Assembly (NCBI GenBank): GCA_050613775.1
Contig: JBODTK010000121.1
Location: 434,001-498,000, forward strand
Length of the DNA: 64,000 nt
Source: Neocallimastix sp. 'constans'
Lineage: Eukaryota
Direction: 5' to 3'
The translations under genes were made by a program, and so were the position numbers. A model generated the notes under the pieces. It was given only the letters and a program-made list of their open reading frames with translations. It had not been told where the DNA came from and searched no databases. Every line of letters begins with the position of its first letter. Position 1 is the first letter of the stretch. Of this stretch, positions 1 to 14,700 are shown in pieces.

Positions 1-731
1 ATGTTTTATTTATAAAAATAATTAATAATTAGTTTATTAAAAAAATAGTTAGGCTTTACAAATTTTAATTTGATAAAAAAATATAAATACATGTAATTTT
101 TAGTGAAATAAAATATAATCAATAACTTACTTTTATTAAATAAATAATTATTATTATTTTTCTTTTATATATTTAAATAAATAAATATTGATTTTAAAAC
201 AAATTATTTTTTTTTATTGTAATTTTATTATTTGTGTTAATTATTATTATATTCCTAAAACTATATGAACCATACCAAATTTTATTAATAATTAGTCTTT
301 AAACTTTTTAGGTTTTTCTTCCAAATCTTTTCCTAAAAGGTTATTCATAAATATTTGGAACTTTACTATAAATAATTCTTGATTTTCCTTATTTTGAAAA
401 TCAAGAGTTATTATTATAAGAATATAATTATTGTAATAAACAAAAATTTAAAATTTATTTTTAAAATAAACAATCTTAAATAAAAATATTTCTAAATAAA
501 AAAATAAAAAATATTTTTTAACAAAAATTTTATTTTAATTATTCGTGTAATCAAATTTCTTATAATAAACTCTCTCTCTTTTTTTAAGTTTTAGATAAGT
601 ATTTTCTTTTATTTTTTTTTTTATTTCTCGATTAATATTTATTATTAGTATTAATTGTAGAAAAGGATTAAATTTAATTAAGATTAAATTTAGTTCTTTA
701 CAAAGAAATTAATTTAATTATTTATGATTCG

Positions 732-1808
732 TTACATTGATTCAATATATGAATCATTATAATCTTCGAAAAAGTGATTCATATGTTCATCCTTGTATTC
801 TTCTTTAACTTCTGTATTTAGTGACATGCTTCCCTTTATTTTCGTCCTTGTTATTATATTTTTTGTACCTATCTTTATTATTCTTTTTAAATCTACATTC
901 AAAAGAATAGTGTCACTTTTTTCCACAATTTCAGCATTCTATTGAATTTTTGTCTTATTTACTTTGATAATTTTTACTCCTGAAATTCTTTTTATTATAT
1001 CTAAAATTATTACTCCTATGTAATTTATTAAAATTTTATTCTTTATTATTTTCGATATTTTTCAGACCATTGGAATTTATATTAGCATTTCTAGATGTAT
1101 CATCGTTTTCAGTAGATGAATTATCAAGGTTACTAAATTGTTTAAGAGAATTATTTTGTGACCTTCTTTCAGTGAATTTTATGAATCTTTGATAGGTTCT
1201 AATTGGCAGTTCAGATAATTTATCATAAGTCCCTTGAAAGTTAATGGCATTAAATCTTAAAGCAAGATTATCTAGTATATTATTATATAAATAATCTATC
1301 TTTTCTTATTCACATAATGGAGCTTATAATACACTAAGTTCCTTGAATCTTGATTCCATATTGAAGTTAAAATAAATAAAGAAATGTCTTTTTCTGATTG
1401 ATATTTTTCTCTTTCTAAAGAGCTTTTATTTCTTCTATTATATCCTTGTCATTACATATGCTCATACTCGAAATTAAATTATAAATTTCATAACCTGTTA
1501 AAGTCATGAAGTCAAATTCTTCAGCTAATTACATAGGAATACTATTAATTAAATATTCCTTTACCAGAGCGTCTTCTTGTAATATATCTTCGGTGACATT
1601 ATATTGATAATAAGTGTCGGTAGTACCATCAATCAGGGTTAATTTTTTCTTTTGCTCTTTGCTCAGCTTGGCTTCGTATATTTTTTTAATCTTTTCCTTT
1701 AATATGCAACTTCGCAGTTTTTTTAAGTAGAAGACTAAATTCCTGTTTCCACAGTTTGAAGTTAGAATTGTCTAAAATATCCTTGGTAGCGTTTCTTTCA
1801 TAATTCAT
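732..1808 (-). pseudogene. Decayed Ty1/copia gag relic
   Basis: Minus-strand translation from the ATG at 1808 gives MNYERNATKDILDNSNFKLWKQEFSLLLK. After a frameshift it reads EDALVKEYLINSIPM*LAEEFDFMTLTGYEIYNLI. Both blocks parallel the intact gag at 27401 (ENYNRWKTKM; DITAKWIILNSL...TAFEVWNVL). Many stops; no LTR or PBS resolved. Confidence 0.6.
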
Positions 1809-2235
1809 TTTGCTTTTAGTTAATTTGACTTAACTTTTATTCTAGTTATAAAATATTACTCCACTTCAATTTATTTAATTAATATAATAAATTTTATTTT
1901 TATTTATTTATTTTTTTTTTATTTTAACACTTCATTAATTAATAATTTTTTATATTACTATCGAATAAATTAAGAGCTTTATTATAAAATAATCACTTTT
2001 TATTTATTTAAAAAATTTAATTTTTACATTCTTTTCTTTTTATTCATTTATGTTAAAGGGAATGTGTATCATTTCCCAATTGTGTATTTCGTAATGTGGC
2101 TTAAAATATTTTAATTAATTGCCACATTATATAATTTATTTTATAATAAATAATTAAATAAATAATTAAATATATAATAAAAATCGTTTTTGAAAAAAGT
2201 CTTGAAATATTTTATTATAAAATATTTTAAAATAA

Positions 2236-2456
2236 ATAAATAATAAATAATAAATAATAAATAATAAATAATAAATAATAAATAATAAATAATAAATAAT
2301 AAATAATAAATAATAAATAATAAATAATAAATAATAAATAATAAATAATAAATAATAAATAATAAATAATAAATAATAAATAATAAATAATAAATAATAA
2401 ATAATAAATAATAAATAATAAATAATAAATAATAAATAATAAATAATAAATAAATA
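2236..2456. repeat. (TAAATAA)n heptamer array inside the MULE
   Basis: About 30 near-perfect units, bracketed by a ~100-bp direct duplication (~2141-2240 vs ~2440-2545, both containing AAGTCTTGAAATATTTT). Confidence 0.9.
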
Positions 2457-2536
2457 ATTAAATAAATAATTAAATATATAATAAAAATCATTTTTGAAAT
2501 AAGTCTTGAAATATTTTATTATAAAATATTTTAAAA

Positions 2537-2568
<32 letters not shown>

Positions 2569-2661
2569 ATATAAAGATATATTTTATTTTTCTAATTAAA
2601 AAAAAATTGAATAATAAACACTATATAATAAATTTATTTATCATTAAAAATTTTATTGGAA

Positions 2662-3657
2662 ATGGAGGAAAAAAGCAAATTATTATTAACAGAAAATATA
2701 AATTTAATTTTTCAAATGAAAAAAAAAGATAATTCAAAGGTATATAGATGCACTGAATATGGACATGGGATTAATATGCCCTGAATTTAACACCATTAGA
2801 ACCACAAATAATAAGAAAATAAACAATTACCTCCTGACTTAACAACTTTTGAAGAAATTCCATAGGAATCAGAATATTATAAAACAGAATATGGTGATAA
2901 TTTTATGATATTCAAAAAATCCCAATTTAATAATTTTTCAATCCACATTCCAAGCAAAACTATTCACACATATAATGAAGATATATTTACAAATGGTACA
3001 TTTTATATTGCGTCATAATTTTGTTATCAAGTGTTCATTACTAGAACATATGTTGAAAAATAAATAGTTTTTACACTACTTCCATTTCAATATTAAAAGA
3101 TAAAAAACAATCCGCTTTCGAAAAATTATTTAAAGAAATAAAAAAAAAAAAAAAAAAAAAAATTTTTTTCCTTATATAAATATCAAATATTGTGTTTGAC
3201 ACTTTAAAAGGTCATTAGAAATACAAAAAAAAACAGATTATGTTCTAATGAAATTGATAATAATAATAATAATGATTTATACTTATTGTAAAGCTATTTC
3301 GAATTTTCCATTTATTAACCCTATTTATATACTATGCATTTACTCAAAAATAAAAAATACATGCAAAAAAAATGAATATAATAATTTTTTAGAATTTATA
3401 GAATATTTTAAAATCAACTATTTAAATAAATATAATGCAAATAACTGGAATTATTATAACAATATAGACCACATTGCAAATAACGCATCAGAATCTAATA
3501 ATAATTACTTAAATAATCTTTTTCCAAAAAAAACCTACTTTTTATAAATTAATAATAGCATTAAAGAAAGAAGAAGCTTTATTGTATAATGATTACGATA
3601 TGAGAATTAAAGGTTTTTTTAAAAAAAAAATAAAAACCATTAATAGAACTGATGTTT
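2662..3657 (+). pseudogene. MULE DDE transposase pseudogene
   Basis: Fragments read EYYKTEYGDNFMIFK, IFTNGTFYIA (the MULE DGTF motif, Asp replaced by Asn at 2992), YQVFITRTY and WNYYNNIDHIANNASESNNNYLN (TNNxxE-type catalytic Glu motif). Multiple stops and frameshifts. Confidence 0.8.
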
Positions 3658-4072
3658 AAATAATATAAAATACTAATTTTTTATAAATTAGTATTTTTCT
3701 AACCTTTTTAAATTTAGACTATAATTTTAAAAGATATTATTTTTCAGTTTTTTTTATAAATTAAATTATAATTAAAACTGTTTCATTTGATAATAGTTAT
3801 TTTATTATTAATATCAATATCAATATTATATAGTTTTTTTATTTTATTGAAATTTTAATAATAAAATAAAACTAAAAATTGATAGAAGTTAAGATAAAAT
3901 ATAAAAGAGAAATAATAAAACATTTTTATCATATTTATTTTTTTTTATTTATTAAAAATATTAAATTATTATTTAATATTATTTATTTATTTATTTTATA
4001 TGTTAATTTTTTAAAAAATTTTATAAGCCACATTTTACGAAATGTACTTTTGCGAAATGCAGACTCTTTAAT

Positions 4073-4620
4073 GCAAGGCATACAGGAATATTAATAGGAA
4101 ACTTTTAGAATTTGACAACAATGGTTATCATCGAAGGATATATGATAAAGACTTCGAACCTGGTTGGAACTGGAATCTTCTTGGAAACGAATATAATGGT
4201 GTAACAGATAAAACTGCAGATGATGTTGTAAAATTTATAAAAGAATTATCAGGTTATTATAAGGACAATCCGGAATCTGAAGCTAATTAATGTTTTACTG
4301 AAGAATGTGATAATTATCATTTCTTTTGTCACAATTATCATGAATTCGTTAAATTCTGTTCGTATGTAGTTGGTTATATAAACCCTAAGAAAGACGATGT
4401 TTTTACTCTAAAAAATGAAAAATATTTGCAGTAACGCTTTTCACATCTATTACTGAAAGTATTATTAAAGGATGGGCAGATACTTTAGCAGTTAACAATA
4501 AAACATTTAATAAAATGATAGAACGAACGGCAGACTTAATTGTTGAAACATATGAATGTTCAATAATAATCCAAAGAAAATTAAGAGAAACCTTGAGAAT
4601 TCGATATATGAAGTTACTTG
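4073..4620 (+). pseudogene. Permuted papain-fold (PPPDE/DeSI or LRAT-like) peptidase pseudogene
   Basis: ARHTGILIG (His codon at 4079), then after a frameshift LLEFDNNG...GVTDKTADDVVKFIKELSGYY...*...DNYHFFCHNYHEFVKFC. This matches the His-first, GxT, YxxxxxNCxxF layout, with the catalytic Cys position reading Tyr (TAT). The 5' end abuts the MULE TIR. Confidence 0.5.
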
Positions 4621-6618
4621 CTTTGGTAAACCTGTAATTTATGCTGTTTTAGATAATGTATTCGAAAGTAATAACCTACAAATTAGTAATTACAAGAAAA
4701 AACTATACAATAAATAATCTTTACGATAGTATTAATGATTATACGGAAAATCATTACCATTATTATGAAAGTTGATGTTATAACGAACTAAATAATGATC
4801 ACCGTTATTATAATAATGAAGTAGATAACATTGATTCAGATGAAATTACTAAACCTTTACATGTTCCACTTTTAAAAATATTCATTATGTTAGCATCTAT
4901 AATGATTTTGCAACCTCATATTATATTTTAGAATTTTCAAAATTTATTAAATATAAAGAATTACTCCTTATATTTTATAAAATATCCATTTAAATTACTA
5001 TACATTTAATTCAAAACTCAAAACTATAAATACTTGTAGACAGAGAAAAGAAAAGAAAAATAGAATATATAAATATCATGTATTAAAATATACAATAATA
5101 TATATCCAACTTAAAGAGGTTAATCACACGTAACATGAAAAATTTTTCTAGGATATCACTTAGAAATTAAGATTGATTTAATAGAAAAGAAGATTTAAAA
5201 ATATTAAAAAGAAGAAAACGAAAATAGAAATTTACATGATAAGACTAATATTTCTCAAGATACTTAAATGATTAAATTATCCATTTGCATATTAAGAAGC
5301 CTAAAAGTGAAAATTAGCAAAAATTAATTATATTTTATTTAATAATAAAAAATAAAGTTATAATTTTAAAATTTTATGTAATAGGAAATTAAATTATATA
5401 ATATATATTTTCAATAAAAATATATATTAAATAGTATATTATTAATATATAGAAATATATTAAACTAGTTTCTTTAATTTAATTACAAATAATTAATAAT
5501 CATTTATAAATAAATAGAATTGAAAAAGTTAACATATTAAGAAAAGTAATTTTTAAAAATTTAAAAATAATAAACAATAAATAATAAATTATATAAATTT
5601 TTATATAATTTATTTATTGTTCTATGACTATGAATTTTATAAAATAATATTAGACAATTAATAATAATATATAAAACAAATATTTTGTAATAAGAGTTCA
5701 AAATTAAAAAATATATATATATATTCTATTGTAATTCTATTTAATTAAATTTTTTTTTTTTTTTTTATATATAATTAATATAAATTAAATGTTTCTTACA
5801 TTAAACTGAATTAGAATTTTTGTATATTGTTAATATAGAATTGTATATATAATAGAAAAAAATAATAAAATATTTTTTTTTGAAAAAAGTTAATCATAAT
5901 CCTTTTTTATTAATATATTTTATAATATATATAAATTAAATGATTCTTACATTTAACTGAGCTGGAATTTTTATATTTTGTTAATATAGAACTGTATATA
6001 TAAAAATATGAGAATTTAACCATTTATTTTTTGCTTTATTTGTTAATTTTTTTATTTGATATATAAGTAAATATAAAAACTTTTTTCAAACTTGAAAAAT
6101 AAGAATAAACAATTTTTGAGAAAAACAACTATATTTATACCAAATAAATTAACCAACAAATATAAACTTATTAATAACGATTGTTAACATCAATATCATA
6201 TTTATATATAAATATTATTATTATTATTAATATCAAATTTATTTTTTTTATTATATGATAATTAATTATCATATTTCTTGGTTAAATTGTTTGTAAACAA
6301 ATATGAAATAAGAATTAAATCAGTACATATATATTTTATGAAAGTACTTATTTTACTTTAAAAGGAAATTCATTTCAATTATTTTTACTAATTACTATAA
6401 TTCTTAATACATAGTTTTAGGAAAATGAATTAAAAAGAAATAAATTATTCAAAATATATAATTGTTTTTAATAATAACTGTGATTCTAAATGTAAAAAGA
6501 AATTTATTTTACACTAGAAAATAATTTTAAAAATTTATCTAAATTATGTATTTTATATTATTTAGTCTCTTTGAAAAACGTTCTTATAAAAATAAAAATT
6601 AATACTATTTTTTAAGCC

Positions 6619-6667
<49 letters not shown>

Positions 6668-6953
6668 TTAACATATTAATTCTCTATATAATATTATAAT
6701 TATATTTATATTTATATTAATCCTATAATCAAATGATTTCAAAAAATCAATTTTAAATAAAAGTTATTTATAATTTATTACTAATTTATTATTTAATAAA
6801 TATATATAATTTAATTACATTTATTTATATATGTATAATAACTAAAATAGTTATTTAATAATTTTAAACAATATAAATAAATTTTGAATAAAATAAATTT
6901 TGTATAGTTATATATATAATAATAAAAAAAAATAATAAAAACAATAATTCAAT

Positions 6954-9473
6954 ATGTTATTCTCAGAAACACTTGAAAAATTAAAAAATAATTTACCTTC
7001 CCAATATAAAGATAATATTATTGATTATAAAACATTAAAGAATGATTTTCATGAAGTTGTTGAAAGTTTAAATAAAACAGGTATATATGATCTTCAGTGC
7101 CATAGTCATCTTATAATGGAAAATGGTATGAAAACAAATATCGATAATCATATTAGAGAAATATTTAAAAAGAATAAAGTTGTTAAAGAAGGTAATACTT
7201 TGGTTGAAATTTTTGATGATGAGAATATTATTTCATCCTATAATGAGGTTAATACAAATATTGATATTAAAAATGAAAAAAATTTAAAGCTTAAAGAAGA
7301 AGAAGAAGGAAATGACACTATAAAATATAAAGATCAAATACCTCATGATGACAGTTCAATTACTTCTGTTTATGAAAAAGACTTTTATTACAATTTTAAG
7401 GATAATTTAGAGAAAGAATTAAAAAAGAGTCAAGTTAAATTAGTAAAATTTATTAATCATGTGAAAAATAAAGAAGAAATTATTAATGGTCTTTCTTTAA
7501 AATATTATCAAATTTTTTATGCTTTAAAAGAAATCGAAAAAGATGATGGTACTAAACAGTTACAGTCTAATTTAATTATTACAGTTAGTAAAGTTGATCC
7601 ACAGGATATTGATGTTCAGAAGCTATTAGATGAAATTACTAGTCAAAATACCGAACTTTTTGAACATGATGAAAATGCAAATACAAATGAAAATGAAAAT
7701 GATAATAGAAATGAAAATGATAATACAAAAATTGAAGATATTACAATTTCTTTTGATAATGATGATGATAGTGACGAAATTAAGAAAGAAAAGATTAATA
7801 CTGAACATCTTAAACAATTAAAAGAAAGCTTAAAGATTAAAAAAACATCTAATAATTCATTAGAAGATATAGCAGCAGTTCCATTAGATGAAATTATCAA
7901 TAATAAAGCTTTCAAAGTGGAATCTCATCAAGATTCAAGTCATGATATGAATCAGACAGATATTGAAGGTTTAAGATTAATGCAAAGCCCAGTAGATATA
8001 AAATTTAATGAACATATGTTAGGTAAAACTCATTGTGATGACTCTAATGAAATTTTAGAAAGAAAAAATAGTTCCTATACTTCTCAATACTCTTCCTCTT
8101 CCCTTAATACAGAAGAAAATGAAGAATATGATTGTAATGAAATATTCGATGACGATGGTAAGTTAATTAATATATAATGAAAATTTTTAAATACTTAAAC
8201 ACAAATAATAAATAACTAATTAATAAATAAATAAATAAAAGTAATAATAAATAATAATAATAAATAAATAAATAAATAATAATGCAAAGAGAAATTATTA
8301 TTTTAACATCTATATATATGATTTATTTATTAATAACATTATATATATATATATATATTTTTTCTATTCATTTATTCATTTTTTTATAAATATTTAAAAG
8401 TACAAATTGTGTTACCAAGTACTTTTTCTCAAGAAATAATTCCAAAAGAAAAAGAAATCGAACCAGATCCAATTGCTGTGATGGGTGATAATGAAGAAAT
8501 GATCCAAAAACGAGCCTCTATTATTCAAAAAAGATTATCCGAATTTAATTGTGATGAAGGTATTACCAAAGAAAAATTCAAATCATTATTTAATTGTAAG
8601 AAACATCCAAGTTTTCGTAAAGATAGTAGTTTTATTAGTAATGATGGAAAATTATCACAATCTTCTTCAGTTCAGTCATCGTTCTATCAACCCTCCTCTA
8701 TGAGTAGTCATGATTCTCTTCTTCCAGAAATAAATACTCAACATTACTGGGAAATACCAATCTATTCATACTATACATTCTCACTTGAATCAAAAGATGA
8801 ATTTAATGAACTTAGTAAAGATATTCGAAATGTAGAAGAACCAGAAACCATAGATCCCAATGAAAATTCAAATGATAAAATATATAATCAATTTTCTAAT
8901 TCATCAATTGATACAAATAAAAATTCACCAGAAGTAAAAGTGCTTAAAATAATTGAACCAGAAAAGAGTATAGATAATATCACCATGTTTAGTCATGAAA
9001 ATCATAATTTAAAAAATATTAGAAGTAAAAGTGAACCCAATTTTTCAGATATTACTAAATTTCCTTATTCTCAGAGTTCTTCTACAGCTACTTTAAACAT
9101 TACTGATTCACAACAACAAGTTCCAAAAGCCAAAAGAAGACCAAGTTTATTAAATCTTTTCAAAAAATCAAGTAAATCAAATGATAACATTAAAGCTTAT
9201 GTCAATCAAGATGTTGTTGGGGAAGAACATAATAAAGCTAATAAAATATTTAAAAGGCATAGTGTAAGTATTGATGGCTTTCATGATAATGCCTTATATA
9301 TTAGAAATACTAGATCACATTCCTTCTCATATTATTTTAAAAACCCTTTTAAAAAATCAAATAGTATAAGTAAAAAAAATAATAGACGTAGCAAAAGCTC
9401 AGTATCTTTTGTAGATCAAATAAACGAATATGACTGTGAAACTTCCAATCAATTACAAGAAATAACTAATAAA

Positions 9474-9525
<52 letters not shown>

Positions 9526-10451
9526 GTTTTTGTGATAATAAGGAAAAAAGAGTTGAAATTAGTTTAGAGTCTGATACTGCTTTTCTTAATAAGATAGTTT
9601 CTATTTTCAAAAATTTAACTCTTTTTGAAAAAGATTGTAAAAATTTATTTGATTGTAACATTAAAATCACAAAAAATTTGCTTAAAGAAGTTTCTGCACC
9701 TGGTAAATTAGATACCTATCCATGGCGTTCGATTAATAAGCTCTATAAAGTAGTTGATATTTGGACGCATAATGGTAAGGTTAATACTTGGCAACAAGCT
9801 AATGATAAATTAGAAATTTTTAAAATTAAAGCGGAAAACTTTACTAAAAAATTTAAGATGGAAGATTCCCTCATTGTCTTTGAACAATTTCTTAAATTAA
9901 ATCAGGATGCAATTACTCTTAAACAATTTTATGAAATTAATCAAACCGCTATCTTTATGGTATTGAAGGAGCATGATAAAGACACTAAATTAAGTGCATG
10001 TGAAGGACTACCAGCATTTATTAGCACAGATTTCTTTTCGGATAATATGTGTAAACGTTTAACTTATGAATTAACTCAAGATTTATTAAGTGTTATTCCT
10101 GATGCAGAAAAATATGCCTGTCCAATATGTCAAGAATTAGCGTATAAACCCATTCGTTTAGATTGTGGTCATTTATTCTGTTTAAAATGTTTAATTAAAG
10201 CACAAAAGAAGAATTTAGACAACTGTCCAGTATGTCGGTCTAAAGATGCAGTAAAGAATGCCACATCCAAAAATTTAGATAAAAAATTATTAAATACTTT
10301 AATAACAGATTTCCCAAAAGAAATTAGAATAAGAAAGAAACAAATTAAAGAAATTAATCATCAACAAGAAATAGAAGATGCTAAAGAAATGGAAGCTCAA
10401 CCTGCTAGTTTAAAAAATAATGAAGAAGAAGAATCATGTACCATTATGTAA
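6954..10451 (+). CDS. SPX-domain RING-finger E3 ubiquitin ligase (fungal Pqr1/Spx1 or plant NLA-like architecture), ~1084 aa, 2 exons (6954-8157, 8401-10451)
   Basis: N-terminus MLFSETLEKL...IIDYKTLK matches the SPX start, and the late SPX helix reads FYEINQTAIFMVLKEHDK. C3HC4 RING: CPICQELAYKPIRLDCGHLFCLKC...CPVCR. C-terminal CTIM is a CaaX motif. A phase-1 intron (GTAAGT at 8158 to AAG ending 8400) joins the two ORFs in frame. Confidence 0.88.
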
Positions 10452-10682
10452 AAAAAAAAAAAAAAAAAAATTTGATTTATACATTGTTAATATCATTTAA
10501 ATAATCAAAAGATATATATATTATATCACCTAACCTTACTGTACATATAATTTAATTGTATATAAAAAATTTTTTTATAAAAATAATTTATATATTTAAT
10601 ATATATAATAAATGATTAATTGATTTAATGTATAATTAATATAATTAATAACACTATCATAATGAAAGGCAATAAAAAAACA

Positions 10683-10713
<31 letters not shown>

Positions 10714-11719
10714 TTTTTATGTACTATATTTAATACTTAAATTTTCATTTAGTTTTTTTTTTTAGAGAATATTATTAATTAATAATTTTAATAATAATTT
10801 AAATATTTTACATGAACTTTTTTTTTTATTCTATTTCAATACCTTTTTTAATATTTTGTTTCTGTTAAACATAAACTTTTTTTCTTATCATAGAAGAAAT
10901 AATAAAACAAAATAAATAAAAATATACATTAGATTTATTATAATATAAATATGCTATAATTAATTTTCGATAAAAATTATACAAAATATATTTTTAAAAT
11001 ATGAATTATATAAATGTTATATATAAAATTTAATATATTAATTTTATTCTTATTTATTTTTTTTATTCATATAAATAAAATGAATATTAAGAAAATTTAT
11101 GTCATATAAATCTATGAAAATAAATATATTAATTATAATTTTAATAAAAACAATGTATTTTTTAATATTCTATTAAATAAACATGTAAAATAAATAAAAC
11201 CTAAATATATATTTCTATAAAAAGCAAAAAATAAAAAAAAAATCATATGACTAAATATTATTTTAAAATATTGTTTGAATTTCGTTCATATAGAAAAAAA
11301 AATTTTTTTTTTCTTTTTTATAAATTAAATTTATCTTTCAATTTTAAAAAATATTTATACATATTTAAATGACTAATTTTTTTTTTTTAAAAAAACTATA
11401 AATTTTTATTTTAATTTTTAACTTCAATAAATTACACATCAAATTTTATTTAATATCAAATAATTTATCTTTAATTTATTTATTTTAAAACCATAAACAT
11501 AAACTTTATGTAATTTTAAAATGAATTTAATAAATTAAATTTTAGATTGATTCAATTGAAAATTTTTAATATAGTTTTTTCTTTTTTTTAAAAAATAATA
11601 AAAAATTTTTCCTCTCTATATAATCTATCTTAATTATGACTTTTAAATCGAAGTATGAATTTTAAATTTCGGTCTTAAAAATTTTTATAATACATAAGAA
11701 AGACGAAATACGTATAACA

Positions 11720-14700
11720 ATGAATTCAATCAATAAATTATTTTTAATATATATTTTTTGTTCTATATGTAAATAACATAAAAGTTTTATAAATTTATCC
11801 ATATATATATATTTAATAAAAAAAATAATTATTAACATTTTTAAATGCTTTATTCTATTATTCTATTTATTTATATTTATTCTTATTATTATTTATTACT
11901 TCTTATTTATATATATATATATATTTTAATAATATATTACCAAATACATTATTAAACATTAGTGTTATTTGAAACGGTAAAAGCAACCGTATTAAACGCG
12001 TTGGCCTTTAGTGTAGTCGAAGAAATTCAAATATATTCATATTTAATAAATTATTTTAATGATTATTCAATAAAAAATAATTTAAATATTACATTAAATT
12101 TAAATTTATTGACTCCTAAAAATTCAACTGTAAATAGAGATGAATTTTTTTCTTTAATAGATTCATTTTTACAAAAAAAATCAAATAAATATGATATATA
12201 TTTTTATGACAATATCTATACACCAAAATTTGAGCCTTATTTTCTTGATTTAAATAAACTGTTACCTAAAGAGCATATTAATTTATACAAAAGTATTGAA
12301 AATTATGAATCTTATTCATATAATAATAAATTAGTTGGATTGGTAAATTTATTAATTATTATTATTTTTTTATTTCAAAAAAAATATATATATATATTTT
12401 ATAATAATATAACTCTTTAATATAACATATATATAATAGCCAGTTATTATTAATTATTCCGCTCTATATAGCAATATAGAATTATTGAATAAATATAATA
12501 AAGAAATACCAAAAACATGGGATGAATTATTAGAAACAGGAAAATATATTTTAAAACAAGAGAAAATTAAAAATAATACAAACATTGTTATATTTAACGG
12601 TTTATTTGCAGGTATATTTTAATTATTTGAATATCAAATACTTAAATATTTTTAAAATATTTAAAATTTTCTTTAATAATTAATAAAATAATAATAATTA
12701 ATCAATCAATATTATTATATGTATATATAGATAATGAAGTAGGATCAGTTACTATATATGAATTTTTACATTCTTATAGGGATGCAATTAACGATCCTTT
12801 TCCTGATTTAAATAGTCCAAATGCAGTAAATGCACTAAAAATGATGAAAAAATTGAAAAATGAATTATCATCAGGTTTAATATATATAAATTTTAATAAT
12901 TAGGAAAAAAATTAATAACAATTATTATTTCAATAAATAATAATAATAATAATAAATTAAAAAGATTATATATATTAATAATTTTTTTTTATTATAATAT
13001 GATTAATTTTTATTTTAATTTATATTATTTATTTTTTATTTATTTATTTATTTATAGATTATATTTTTCAAAATTTAGAAAATACTTTTTCTGATTTATT
13101 AAATGGAACTGGATTATTTCTTAAATTTAATTATTTAAATCTTCCTGTAAATAAAGTATACAAAGCAACAATTCTCCCAGGACATAAAAATGGAATTTCA
13201 TCCACTATTGTTGGAGGATATAATATAGGTATAAATAGTTATCTTATGAAGGAAAAAGAAGAAGATGTCGTTAAAGCTGTGATGTATATAACTTCAAAAG
13301 AAATTCAAAGAAGATTAATTACTGAACATAATTGTTTTTCTGGAATCAATAGTTTATATAATGAATATGAAGTTTGTAAAAATAAAGAAGAATTATGTGA
13401 AATATATAAAAATGCACAGCCAATAGTTAGACCAACTTCAAAGACAAACGACTATAATAAATATTCCGAAAGATTTAGATATTATATATTTAAATATTTA
13501 TATGGAAACGATATAGTTGATCCAGCTAAAATGTTAAGAAAAATTGATGATATTACTAGAATATATTATATATCTATAAGTTCCAAAGATTCAATCGCTG
13601 GAAAAATTATAGCAATAGTATACATATTATTATCAATTATCATTCTCTCATCATCTATATTTATATTTATTAAAAAGTATAATTATAATTTTAGTTTCCT
13701 TTCAAAAGATTTTTGGATTTTATCACTTTTAGGATATATTTTATTGATATATACAAGTTTTGTGGATTTAGAACGAGTAACACCTTTAAGATGTCATTTA
13801 AAGTTTTTTCTTCAGTTCATGAGTTTCACTATTGTATATATTCCAATTTTTCACAAATTAATCTCAAATTATCCTGAAGAAAATAAAATTTCCATATGGG
13901 CTAAATCTCATCGTTATATATTCCTTTCTATTTTCATTTTTTTAGATATATTGATTAATGGATTAATTTTCATACAGCCCTATACTGTTAAAACAGTAGT
14001 AACGATAGATAGTAGTAAAAACTTTCAAAAATGTAAAGTAGGTGGATTATTTTCTAAAACAGTAATGATAGTTATGGTTACATACAAGATTTTAATTTTT
14101 TTATGGTCATGTATTCTTTTATTTGCTGAATGGAATCTTAAATCAACAATATTTGATATTCGTTCATGCACAGCAGTGTATTCTCTCAACATTTTATTAT
14201 CAACTATTTTATTAATATTTGAATGTCTTAAAATCAGGAGTTACACTACTTTTTTCACAATCCGTGAATCATTAATAATAATATATGTATATACAAATTA
14301 CATATTATTATATGTTATTAGAATTATATGGAATAAAAAATCTTTAAATGATTTTAATGATTACTATATTGAAAAAATTCCTCAAAGTTCAATTGATACT
14401 ACTTCATCTTATTTAAGAAGATTTAGTAATAATTATGAATTAATAACATCTCTTAATAATGACAATAATGTAAATAATAATAGTAAAAATAAAATAATAT
14501 CTAAAAGTTATTTTAAGATTTTGGATTTTCATTATAGAAACGAAATTGTACCTATAAATAAACGCAATAATAAAGTGATTATATCAACGATTTCATATAA
14601 TACTGGAATCCATTCATTAAGAAATAACCGAAACGGGACTTATTTATCAAGAAATCATTACTCTGGAATACATTCTGCAATTAGTTATAGTAGAATAAAA

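Larger units (their letters stand above)
2058..4066 (+). mobile_element. Degenerate Mutator-like (MULE) DNA transposon
   Basis: Imperfect terminal inverted repeats (left ...TATTTCGTAATGTGGC ending 2100; right GCCACATTTTACGAAATG...GCGAAATGCAGACTC, 4027-4066) flank a broken transposase. No clean TSD found. Confidence 0.7.

Noticed and set aside
2141..2491. 116-aa hydrophobic ORF (IIYYLLF repeats), and similar ORFs at 40604-40863, 43720-43992 and 51839-52054
   Set aside because: These are translations of AT microsatellites or low-complexity DNA, not proteins.
5765..6003. ~75-bp diverged direct repeat upstream of the SPX-RING gene as possible LTRs
   Set aside because: No TG..CA/TA ends, PBS, PPT or TSD; it looks like a small local duplication.
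7626..9670. Short alternative-frame and antisense ORFs within the SPX-RING gene (likewise within the receptor, copia, LINE and orphan genes)
   Set aside because: They are overlapped by well-supported longer coding frames and have no independent motifs.
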